From assembly GCA_008632985.1 (NCBI GenBank), contig QPGO01000085.1, forward strand, positions 124,001-188,000: 64,000 bases of DNA, in the 5' to 3' direction. Below, piece by piece: positions 46,401-57,215 of this stretch (position 1 is the first letter of the stretch; each line of letters starts with the position of its first letter). This DNA is from Psammoneis japonica. Its lineage: Eukaryota. The translations under genes were made by a program, and so were the position numbers. The notes under the pieces are model-generated. The model was not told the DNA's origin. It did not search any database and worked only from the letters and a program-made list of their open reading frames with translations.

Positions 46401-47310
46401 CACTCTGATGATGTGCTGTGGGTTTGTGCAGGCTTGCATGGTGCACTCATCTGTGCCCTGTGCCTGACATTTTGGAGAGGCTGTTGCAAGCTGAAAAACA
46501 AAAAGTGCCCCCCTGCGAGTGCCCCTTTGTGGCAGTGTCAAACATCAAGATTGCTGGAGCAGGTGCCTGGAGAATCAAAGCATTTGGAAATCAAAAGTGT
46601 GCAAAGAGGAGGAGGGTGCATTTGCCTTTGCTTTTGCTGGTGCAAAGGAGGGCAGGATGATCAACAAAGTGTGCAAAAGAAAGATGAGTGGTGCCAAGCT
46701 GGAGATGGCTGGCAACATGAGCATGTGCTCTTCTGTGCTCCAGCCAGCTGAACTGTGTTGCAATGAGCAGTGAAAACAACTCATTTTTGGGGTGGACAGC
46801 ATTGTGCATCACAAAAAAGTTGTTCTTGATTGTGTTGCTGCCTTGAGCTCTGCTGGCAGTGGAGAGAGAGCAAGACATGGACCAAACAAAGCCAACCTGG
46901 CTTGTGCCCAATTGTTTGGTGGTCACTCACAAGTGCAAGAGCAAGCAATGCTGCAACAGCTGTGCCCATGACTTGGGTGAGCAACGATGCTGCTGCAGTT
47001 TGATGAGTGCCTTGCGAGCGACGAGCTGGGCACTTGGCACTGCTTGCTGTTGATGTGGTGTTCTCACCCTCCTTTGCACTGCTGCAGAAATTGGAAAGTC
47101 AACCAGTTGTCATCGTTGTCATTTTTTTGGTGTGTTGTGCTTTCTTCATGGAAAATGGGTGTCATCCATGCAGTCAATGCAGTCACATGATCAAGGCCTC
47201 ATGCAAATGCCACTGTGTGGTGGCCAACTTCCAACGTTGTGTGCACTGTTCCGAATGGAGAATCTGGTGCACTGGTGCACTGCGTGGACGGCTTCTAACA
47301 GTGCACTGCA
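43500..47310. repeat. Degenerate repeat-derived DNA, family not identifiable
   Basis: TpA- and CpG-depleted; only Cys/His-rich spurious ORFs. Confidence 0.5.
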
Positions 47311-47322
47311 GGTGCTGCAAAT

Positions 47323-49762
47323 TGCCAAACACTTGTCACTTTTCATGCGTGAAGCGCCTTCAATTGCCCTGAAGAGGAAAATTTCCTTTCGTTGGCTCGT
47401 TTGCACCAGGCCACGTAGAAACTTGCAGCGCAAAGTCTTGCTGCTTTCCGGCTCCTCCCTCCGACCACCCACAACAACACGCGGTGAAGCACAAGAATGC
47501 ACCCAACAATGGCGGTGCCCATTGTCGTCAGTTCTGCCGCTTTTCACAACTCTCCCATGTTTCAGTGTGCCCTCAATGGCAACAAAAGAGAGTTGTGGTG
47601 CTTGAATTGTTTCCGTTGGGGGCTTTCACTCACATTTGTTCTCTGTCTGTGCCATTTTGTCATTGAACATCCAAGCTGGCGTGACGCGCAGTTTTTTGCT
47701 TTTGTTCAGCAGCACCATGGCTCAAGTTGTCTTTCATCAACCAAAGCAGGTGAATGTCATTCAAGCATTGAACATTTGGTGTTGCAGTGTGGACATTCGA
47801 GGTGGTGGGAGGGCCACAAATGGCTCGCGCTGGAGAGAAACTGAGCACACAACTCTCTGTCTCTCTCTCTCATGAGTGGGATCTTGAACCCAGCAACGCA
47901 GTCCACAGAGCTTAATTTTGCATGACAGATGTTGCAGAAGGCAGAGTTGCATGAGAGCAATGAAGAGATTGAATTCATGGCAGGCAGGAGGGTGGAAGCA
48001 AACATTGACATCTGTCTGTCGGCAAAGGGAGTGATTCGGAGGGAGTGACTCGATCTCAACTCAAATGGCACCACAAAGCAAAGAAGAGAGCAGAAGCTCA
48101 GGTTTGGCTTTAAAGACATCATGTCTGAGAACAAAGGTGGCATTGTTGAATGTTCACCTGGAATGCTTGTCATCGACAGACATTTGTTTTGAAGCATTGT
48201 TGCACTTGCAGCACGAATGTTGTCTTCTTGCACATTGCAGTGCTGCACCCTGCAACTCCTTGCTGTCAAAATCAAGCCAAAGATGTCGCCATTTCCTGTG
48301 ATCACATTGTTGCCATTCTTTCATTGGGGGGCAATGTCAGCAGCATCCAAACAAAAACACCAAAGATGTCTTTTCATGCATCCAGCCTTCATCCAACTGT
48401 TGTCTTCTGGCTTTGCTTCCCATTTCTCACATTCTCTTGTGCAGATGCTGTCCTTGCCTCTGTGCACTCAAGTGGCAAATGAGTTGCAGCAATGTCACTG
48501 ATTCATCAACAGCACTCCACTCGGCAATCATTCGCAACCCGCCGCCGGCAAAAGGGCACATTGAAACAATCAAACACGAAGGAGCACATCCACCTGACAA
48601 GAGTCTTCAAATCACCACCAAATCCCAGCTGTCTTGCATCTTCATCCAACAAATTGATTGGTCCGGCAATGATGTGGGTGAACTGAGCTCCTGCGAGTGA
48701 ATTGCAATCACAGTGCAACAATGCAACGTCTCCCTCACAACACCGCAAGTGGAAACCACAATCCTTTTTGACTTGGATTTCATCTTCAACGAACGTGCTT
48801 TGATCAATGCCACGTTGCCTGTCACACATGTGGGTGTAATTGACTGCACTGCATGATCACAGCAACAGAAAGCATGGCAAAGGGTGGCGCCATTGTCACA
48901 AAATGCCGACGGTGTTTCCCGCATTGTCACGTTGTGCTTTGCGAGAGGCGCGGGTAAAACATTGGAGGGAGTTTCTGTGGAATTCCACACAGCCTGGTGC
49001 AAACCAGCAACGAATGGAAAATTTCATTGACCACTCAGTGGTTGGTGATTGCAGACTTTTTTGTGTCGGTCCGGCAGTCGGGCAGTTGGGCAGTCGGGGG
49101 GTCGGGCAGTCGAGCAGTCGAGCAGTCGGGCAGTCCGTCTGAATTTGAAAGTGTGTCCCTCAGATTTTGGAACGGGATGGGTTGTTTGGTGCAGATGAAT
49201 TCTTTGGATTTGCAGAATGATCATTGAGGACATGAGAGGTCATGGGGACATCCTAAAAAATCGACACATTCCTTGCGACGGGTGCGTGGAACGGTTTTTC
49301 GGGAGAGCTCGAAAGTTCTGAAAAATTGGGGTTGCCAGTGTGGCATGTTGAAAAATGTGTGCAGTTGTGAACAAAGACAACTCATCGTGAATTCTACACG
49401 AAACAGTCATGTTGGGCAATTGGGGAAAACACATCGAACAATGAGTGAGTTTGTGCGATGCGCTGTCATGGCGATAAATTGGAAAAAAAAGAGTGTCCGT
49501 GCACCTCGCCACAGCCCCAAAAATGGCATGAGACATCAAATGCAATGGTCATCCGCATCACCGGTGCGGTGGCCATGCCACTCAGCCACCACAATGCCGG
49601 CCCCGGCGGCAGGGCCCCACGTGCGTACAGGCAATGCAGCGTGCAATGGCACACACCCACACCCACAAAGAAAGACAAGTGGTCAATGCTCCCCACAGGC
49701 CTGGTGTCCTCTTCAGAGCCATCGAAGGCGCTTTGCACGAGAAAAGTGACAAGTGTTTAGCA
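47323..49762. mobile_element. Non-autonomous TIR DNA transposon, ~56-bp imperfect TIRs, apparent 2-bp TSD (AT)
   Basis: tgccaaacacttgtcacttttc...gaagagga (47323-47378) is inverted against 49707-49762. Confidence 0.65.
49072..49137. repeat. Short minisatellite, 8-bp unit GCAGTCGR
   Basis: About 8 imperfect copies visible. Confidence 0.75.
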
Positions 49763-50379
49763 ATGGAGACCTGGACATTTAAAAAACGGGGGACAGCGCA
49801 CAGGCGCACAGAAATCCACAAAATTCTGATTCAAAAAATCCAACCGTCACCTCGCTCCGTCCATGACCATCAGGTTGTTGCGTCCGTCTCATCCTGGTGG
49901 TCTGCATCATTGCTGTGTAAGACATCAGAACCCCATTTCATCCACCATGGGCACAAAAGCTGCCAATTGCTGTTGTGTCATGTTCTCGAGAAAGAAGGAA
50001 TGTCGGTTGATGGGTTGTGCACCATTTTGCAGCACAGAGCGACGGTGCACAGTGCGTGGTGGAGACGACTCGTTTATTTTGTGTTGATGCCAACTGGCTT
50101 GTCTCGGAAATGTCAATCATGTCAGTGGACCCACACCATCGGGAAGAGACAGCAGCGCAAGTGGCAACCATGTGCCTTGTTGCGTGCCAGCAGTTGTGGG
50201 TCTGCACTTGATCGACTGACACTTGATTTGTCTTTTGTTTGGAGTGCAACACCTTGTCCCACGCATGAAGTGTGGAGTGGCCTTTGTTGAGAATTCGGAT
50301 GTTGCCGTGGGTTGGAAAACTGTGTTTCTAAAGAATCTTCTGTGTCGACAGTTGTGATTTTGTGAAAAACCGATGGCAC

Positions 50380-51950
50380 ATTGCTTGGTTCAAAGCATTG
50401 GCATGGAACAGACAACAGCACTCTGCTTGGGACCACTTGGCAGTTCTGATGGTGTCGACAATGGCGCACTGCTCGGTGCATGTGATGGAGTCATAGACAG
50501 CACACGTGATGGCACATCACTTGGCATTGCAGATGGCATGTGTGATGGTGCATTGCTTGCAACAGAAGATGGCGTTGCATGGTGCAGCACTTGGACCTTC
50601 ACTGGGGGCTTCAGACGGTGTGGTGGAGGGAAGTCTTGAAGGTTTGAGCGAGGGTTCAGAGGATGGATTCTTCAAAGGTGCATCACTTTGTTCAGATGAT
50701 GGAGTTGATGTGCATTGCTTGGTTGCAAGCTTGGCACTTTGGATGGCAGCAAAGATGGCGTGGGAGCTGTTGACGGGATGATGCCAGGAGATCCACTCGG
50801 AGCTAACGAAGGTGCACTTGCTGGCATGTTGCTTGGTTCAGATGACAGATGAGTTGATGGCATGACGATGGACTTGTCAATGGCACATTGCTTGGAAATG
50901 CACTGGGCACTGTGGATGGGGTGGTTGATGGCGCAGCTGATGGAGCAAGTGAAGGCATGCCGCTCGGTTCGATTGAGGGAGCCATGGCCGTAGATGGAAC
51001 AGAGCTCGGTGTTGCACTCATCCCTGGGAGGCAGACCGGGAACTCTTGAAGGGGATGTGGGTGGTGCATCACTGGGATGAAATGACAGCTTTGCTGATGG
51101 CAGATCACTGGGGGCCACACTTGGAAACGTCGAGGGTGTTGTTGATGCATCAGCAGTTGGTGCTGTTGATGGAATGTTGCTCGGTGCAGCTGATGGAATT
51201 GCTTGTGGCATGTCACTTTGCTCCAAGGTTGGAAATCCTGATGGAGTTGCGGAGGCCATGACGGAGGGCCTCAAAGATGGCGCACCACTGGGTTCAGCCG
51301 ATGGAGCCACAGATGGCGTTTGCTTGGAAATGCACCAGGTGCCATGGATGGGGCAGTTGCACTCGCAGTGGATGGATTGAGTGAAGAAGGTGTGCCACTC
51401 GTTTGGTCAAGGGAGCCACAGATGGAGCAGAGCATGTCATTGCACTCGGGATTGCAGAAGGGCTTGTCGATGGTGCCGTTGAAGGCCGTTGTGCAACGTT
51501 CTGCCAATTGGGACAATTGACGGTGTCACAGATGGTGTGTGGCTGGGGACCACACTTGGAGCCAGTTTGGTCAAGGGAGATGCACACGGAGCAGAGCTTG
51601 GCATTGTGCTGTTGTACGACGTTTCACCAATTGGGACAATTGATGGCATCGCAGATGGTGCATGGCCAGGGACCACACTTGGAACCGGTTTGGTCGAGGG
51701 AGACGTGGACGGAGCAGAGCTTGGCATTGTGCTGTTGTACGACGTTTTGCCAATTGGGACAATTGACGGCACAGCAGATGGTGCATGGCCAGGGACTGCA
51801 CTTGGAACCGGTTTGGTCGAGGGAGACATAGATGGAGCAGAGCTTGGCATTGTGCTGTTGCATGACGTTTCACCAATTGGGACAATTGACGGTGTCATAG
51901 ATGGTGCATGGCTGGGGACCGCACTTGGAGCCTGTTTGGTCGAGGGAGAC
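50380..51950 (-). pseudogene. Decayed PSxxPS-repeat (mucin-like) coding sequence including a 123-bp tandem repeat (about 3.7 units)
   Basis: Frameshifted APSxxPS-rich ORFs. ccaattgggacaattga recurs at 51504, 51627, 51750 and 51873 (period 123 nt, 41 aa). Confidence 0.7.
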
Positions 51951-52535
51951 GCAGACAGACACTCAAGAAGCAGTCAACTTCAAACAAGCAAAAAAATTCC
52001 AAAGACATTGTAGAACAGCAGTGGATAAAATTGCATCATTTAATCCAAAATGTAACCACTTGGTGGACAATCGAGTCGTTGCTCGTTGCCGCATTGTTGA
52101 GTGTGCAGCACACTGCACCACCAACTTAAAAAGTCTGGCACGTTTCATTTTTTTGCACTCTGGTGTCAACTGCTTCCATCTGAAAATCGTCTGTGCGCCA
52201 GATCCACCCGAGTTCTTGTTGTCTGCGCCATTGAGCAAGTGCAAGGCATGGCATCAAGGTCAACTCGACCGCCGATTTGGAACGAGCATGTGGCACATGG
52301 CTTGCCTTTGGGTTCCAGGCCAATTTTGTGCACATTCCTTCTGTTTGCTGTGTGACATCAATGACCACTTCTTTACATTGACAATGAAGGACTTGTTTTG
52401 ATGTCATTGTCTCTGACAACCTTGTCAACTGCCTTTCTTGCAACCGCTGGATTTCGCAGATCTTTTGTTGCTTGGCATCTTTTTTCGATTTTTCGCGCTC
52501 GTGGCACGCTGTCCCCCATTTTTTAAATGTCCAGG

Positions 52536-52767
52536 CTGCCCTGCAAAAGAACTCCGGAAAACCAAATTTACGCAGAAGGAGTGCCAGGGCCCAAGAAGTG
52601 GAAATGCCAAATGAGTCCGGAATGTCCAGAAACTGCATAGAATCCATCGTAGAATCAGCACCAGGGACGTCAAAAAATCACGAAATTCCGGACTTGTTTG
52701 GCATCTCCATGGTCCCTGGCACTTCTTCTGCGTAAATTTGGTTTTCTGGAGTTCTTTTGCGGGGCAG
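52536..52767. mobile_element. MITE, 232 bp, ~85-bp TIRs, 4-bp TSD CAGG
   Basis: CTGCCC(T/C)GCAAAAGAACTCC(G/A)GAAAACCAAATTTACGCAGAAG at both ends, inverted. CAGG at 52532-52535 and 52768-52771. Confidence 0.85.
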
Positions 52768-53652
52768 CAGGTCTCCATTTGCAGCAGGGCCCCAATGGCA
52801 AGGATTTGTAAGTCTGTCAGGATGCACAAGCTCCAGCACAAATCCACGCGAGAGCCTGTTGCCATGAGTGGTGCGAACACCGTTAAACTTTGCACTGGAT
52901 TTCACGGAGGCCTACGTCGGGCTTCTGACGGGACGAACTGAACATTAAAATTTGTTAAAGTGTGAACAACTTTCATTTCCAGAAATGTTCAAAAGTTCTG
53001 GCGGAAGAATGACTGACGCCATTTTTCCAGAACTTTTGCTTTTTGTGCACATCAACAATTGAAAGCATGTTTGCACACAATGACGTCGGAGTTCGCACCG
53101 TCAAGATTGCTTGTGAAGTCGTCGCCGAGCAATGGACTTGTGAATCCTTGCCTGGTCTAATGGGCCGTGGCAGCGCAGGCAGGGCAAGGCAGGGCATGCA
53201 TTCTGCTCATCGTACAGCACCTTTTACCACATGGACAGGGCCCTGCTCTCTAGAGCCCCACTCGGGCAAAAAATCGAACCACTCAGTGGTTCGCAACTTG
53301 CTCAGCGTAAAACTCGCAACTGACACAACAAAGCAGCACCTGCACAGATGCAACCTTTTAACAGAGGCAAAAAGCCATTGTTGTCAATGCATTGTGTTGT
53401 CAGCGGCCACTCGTGTGTGGAGCTCGGTCGCCGTCAAATCACCGTCATGGTCGTTGTCGGTGATTTTCTCACCCCGTAGAAACAACCGCAGGGCAGCACC
53501 AGAAAAAAATGTCAAACCATTGAGCGGTTCGCTACGCAGATAAGCACTGGGAGCCCCGTGCGTGGAATTGGTGAACCATGAGGTGGTTCGGGAGGACAAG
53601 CGCAGAAATGTGCGTGGCAATTTGCACCAGAGGGTCGAATGCAAAATTGAAC

Positions 53653-53853
53653 CAAGGGATTGTACACCAAAGTCTGGGAGCAACGTGTTGTTGGACAGAC
53701 CGCCTGTCGTCGTGTGGAATTTTGTGTTTGGCAGGTCACCACACACACGCCAAAATCTTGTGAGGACACACACTCACACAAAGCCTCGCTGCGCTCCTTG
53801 CACACAAGGCATTGTGTCTCTAGAGCTAGAGCAGAGGTGCCGTTGCTGCACCG

Positions 53854-53884
<31 letters not shown>

Positions 53885-54720
53885 GCCGGCATTGTGTGAT
53901 TTGAAATCACATCAACATGTAAATGAATTATGTCATCTGCAAGCAATGACTGTTGGTTTGGTGGGGTTGCTGATGCTGACACCGTCAACCTGGAATTTCC
54001 AAGCGGGGTGCAATCTGCCATCAGCAGCAAAGACATTCCTGATGACCGTCGTGACGAGTCACTCTTAATTGAGGCCAGACCAGGACAAAATTGAGGACAA
54101 GGACTGTGACAACTTAGTGACTGATGCATCACAATTGAACTTGGGAGAGGAAGCCAGTGGTGCTGAGACAGACGCTGCAGAAGAAATTCTGCCTCGATCG
54201 AGCGATTCCATCAAGGTAGCCTGTGGTGTGGTGTTGTCGGCAGCCTGCATCCCAAAGTGATCTGAGTCGAACCGAAGATCAAAATTTGAAATTTATGTAG
54301 AACTACACTGTGTTTCTACGTAGACGGAGGAGTCAGAAAACAACCAAAAACACTTCAAACCATGGCGCTCTTTGGACGCAATGTTCTCGAAATCTAACGG
54401 GGCGCGTGAAAGCGTCTCATGGCCGCACAGGCACAAGTTTCTCTATTAAGCTTAATTACGGTCGAGACGCAGTCGTGCGCCCCACTAGATTTTGAGAAAA
54501 TGGCGTCCGGAGAGCGCCATGGTGCCCCATACTTCACCGTGTTGTTTCGTCGTCAAAAGGACAGATTTCAGACTATTTCTACCCACGAATCAGCAATCGT
54601 GACTCAGAATTCAACACGACGGTAGGGAAGAACCCGGAAGCTTTCCTACGTAGAAAATGTACTAAGAGTCTGCTTGTCTTCCGTTTACTGTACTCCCAGA
54701 CTTTAGTGTATAATCCCTTG
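53653..54720. mobile_element. Non-autonomous P-superfamily-like DNA transposon, ~30-bp TIRs, 7-bp TSD ATTGAAC
   Basis: Termini CAAGGGATT...AATCCCTTG; ATTGAAC at 53646-53652 and 54721-54727. CANRG ends with a 7-8 bp TSD fit the P superfamily. Confidence 0.75.
54359..54523. repeat. Internal long hairpin, ~60-bp imperfect arms, 45-bp spacer
   Basis: accatggcgctct..ggacgc...gcgtctc (54359-54418) is inverted against 54464-54523. Confidence 0.8.
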
Positions 54721-54920
54721 ATTGAACCAGAAAAATGAGGCTCACGATGAACAAGACGGTAGCAGTACGGAGAAGTTTAAGAACATAGTAAACCACTAAA
54801 ATAAAGCATACATATTGTCAAACAGATGTTGCTGTATCGTCTGATGTAATGTTATTGTAGATATCTCATTATCTTTTACACTTTTACCCATCGTCTATCG
54901 GTTCGTTTTTGGCTTTTGCC

Positions 54921-55070
54921 GCGAACCACTTGATGGTTCGGGGCAGGAATCGCGCGCATTCGTGATTTCGCGCGGCGAACCACTGCATGGTTCGCGCTGG
55001 GAGTGGGGCTACTACTGTAGAGTAGAGATAGACTAGTAGCTACCGGTAGGGCCTAGGCCCTACCATGGTA
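54921..55070. promoter_or_regulatory. Cluster of palindromes upstream of coiled-coil paralogue 4
   Basis: Two CGAACCA-N5-TGGTTCG dyads (54922-54940, 54976-54994) and a perfect 20-bp palindrome GGTAGGGCCTAGGCCCTACC (55045-55064). Regulatory role is inferred. Confidence 0.4.
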
Positions 55071-55380
55071 CGACAGTACAGGGCCCACAGTACAGTACTA
55101 CAGTATGAGGAGAACAACGTGACCGTTGCGAGAGAACATAGCCGTTAAAAAGAGAATATCGGCATGTTCGTCTTTCAATAAATAATAGTTGCGTTTTAGG
55201 CGATTCTCGTGTCTCAAGCATGCCTGTTTGCCGCAGCAAGGCGATTGGCGATCGATCCGATTTTTCTAACTCACTAACTGTCGTACCGGTACCGGACCTA
55301 TGATATCCCCTAATGCCGCATTTCACTCAAGTCTCTCTGTTGAATTTTCCGCAGCATTGTTAGAGGATAAGTGGACAAGA

Positions 55381-57021
55381 ATGAAAGCTATCTCTCATAC
55401 CTGTGACTTCACCGACGAGGCCCATCGCCATCATGCAGCTGGTGGTGGTACTGAGGGCCACCAGACCAGCAGAATGCTGAAAAAGAGCTCTCTAGCTGAA
55501 GACCTTAATGCTGAGAGGCGTAAAGTCGCAATGTTAGATGATGTATTGAAAAATGTTCGTGAGGAGATTGCGCTCTTGAAGGCAAAGAAAGAACAAGACG
55601 ATTCACTTGCAGCTTCCTTGATTGATCAACGTGGGGAGGAGCTAAGTGAAGCGCAAGCGATACTACGAGAACAATTGACAGAACTCAACGCCAACAAGAA
55701 AACCATTGTCGCTCTTCAGGAGGGCTCGGAGATGAAGGACGAATACATTGTCAACGTTCTCAACGACCCAGAGCAGCATTCTTTGTTTGAAGCGAAAGTA
55801 GCAGAATACAGGGAGTCCCGAGCTCTTTTGGAATCCGAGCGTATCGAGAATGCTTTGACCGTGGAAAAAACGCAGGATGAAATTGACGCTTTGAATTCCA
55901 AGAGTGCCAAGTTTGAAAATGAGATTGAGCGTGCTGAGATGTTATCCTCTCTTGAAGAGGCTCGCAAATTAATCAAGGAGCTCAACGAGGTCGCATCTAA
56001 ATTAGAGAAAGAAAGAAACGAGCTTGATTCTGCACTTGATCTCGAAAGAAAGAGAGTCGAATCTGCCAAAGCCAAAGTCGAGCTGCTGGAGGTTGCAGTT
56101 GAGACCGCACGTGACGAGAACAAGCGCTTGAATCGCGAGTTTAAAGACAATGTTGAATCTGTCAATGCAAAAACTAGGGACAAAGTCGAGCTTCTGCAGG
56201 TTGCTGCTAAGGAGAAACGTGAAGAGATCAAGCTCTTGAAGCAGAAGATTCAAGAGAGCACGGAATCTGTAAAGTCGACAGCCCGAGCCGAAGTTGAGCC
56301 CCTTGAAGCTGCCTTGAAGGTCGAACGGGAGGAGGCCAAGCGCTTGAACGAGGTGATTGAAGATATCATGAAGAAAAAATCGGGGATCGAGGCGACGCAC
56401 GAAAATGTAACCCATAAGGTGCAAGGCCTTCAGAAAGCTATCGATTCGAAGGACGCCTCCACGACGAAACTGAAGAGCAGCATCGACAAGTACAAGAAGG
56501 CCCAAGTCGCCCTAGCTGTCAAGGCTGTCAAGTGTGAAGAGTCGAGGCAACAGATTTTGAAGGAACTAAGCGAGACGAGTAAAAAACTCGAAGCTACCAA
56601 GTGGACCGCTCATGGCCTGGAAGAAAAAGTGAAAGCTGCGAACAAGAAGAACGAAGTCCAAAACCGTCGTATGCGCAACATCAACATGATGGCTTCGTCT
56701 CTGTTGTCCAATGTCAACGGTGTTCTGCAGCCCGAAGAGCAGCAGAAGGTTCCGGTGCATGGCGATGGTTGTGACGGTCCTTCAATCACCGATAAGGCCG
56801 GTATTGAGGATGCGAAAAGCCACGAAAATTCCGACTTCGTACTTCCGAGTGACCAGCGCGACGATGTCGCCTCGAAAGAGCCCACCGTGGACGAGGGCAC
56901 TGAGCATCCCAACATGCGTTTGGCGCAATGCGACACGGATACCAACGCGAAAGTAGTCTACGATCAGCATCTGGCTTCATCGACCCACAGTGACCTTCTC
57001 ACTTTCGAAGATCTTGACTGA
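55381..57021 (+). CDS. Coiled-coil protein, paralogue 4
   Basis: Intact ORF with KEQDDSLAASLIDQRG, VELLEVAV repeats and KAQVALAVKAVK. Start codon uncertain. Confidence 0.8.
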   Translation: MKAISHTCDFTDEAHRHHAAGGGTEGHQTSRMLKKSSLAEDLNAERRKVAMLDDVLKNVREEIALLKAKKEQDDSLAASLIDQRGEELSEAQAILREQLTELNANKKTIVALQEGSEMKDEYIVNVLNDPEQHSLFEAKVAEYRESRALLESERIENALTVEKTQDEIDALNSKSAKFENEIERAEMLSSLEEARKLIKELNEVASKLEKERNELDSALDLERKRVESAKAKVELLEVAVETARDENKRLNREFKDNVESVNAKTRDKVELLQVAAKEKREEIKLLKQKIQESTESVKSTARAEVEPLEAALKVEREEAKRLNEVIEDIMKKKSGIEATHENVTHKVQGLQKAIDSKDASTTKLKSSIDKYKKAQVALAVKAVKCEESRQQILKELSETSKKLEATKWTAHGLEEKVKAANKKNEVQNRRMRNINMMASSLLSNVNGVLQPEEQQKVPVHGDGCDGPSITDKAGIEDAKSHENSDFVLPSDQRDDVASKEPTVDEGTEHPNMRLAQCDTDTNAKVVYDQHLASSTHSDLLTFEDLD

Positions 57022-57215
57022 CAAGTTCAAGTACGCCCAGATGCAACGAAGACTTCCACGGGAGTTGAAGAAATTCTTGTAGAAGTAGTAGTGTTCATAT
57101 TAGTAGTAGTAGGTTGATTCATCTTTGTTTTCAGTTGGTGACAGCGTGCACACACGTAGAAACAGGTGCCACCGAACGGGTACGGTATTCCCACAACGCA
57201 ACGTTGGCAAACATA

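Larger units (their letters stand above)
47313..52787. mobile_element. Outer element with inverted ends carrying a Pro/Ser-repeat gene relic; both arms interrupted by younger insertions
   Basis: Removing 47323-49762 and 52536-52767 reconstitutes tgctgcaaatggagacctggacatttaaaaaa.gggggacagcg on both sides in inverted orientation. True termini may lie further out. Confidence 0.6.

Noticed and set aside
51480..51950. Regularly spaced repeats as a CRISPR-like array
   Set aside because: Whole 123-bp units repeat with no unique spacers, and the unit is an in-frame 41-aa coding repeat.
25200..54300. Dense thicket of 60-200 aa Cys/His/Trp-rich ORFs on all six frames
   Set aside because: Artefact of TpA loss: TAA/TAG stops and Tyr codons vanish and TG/CA codons accumulate. 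These are not a novel small-protein family or an alternative genetic code, since host genes use normal stops.
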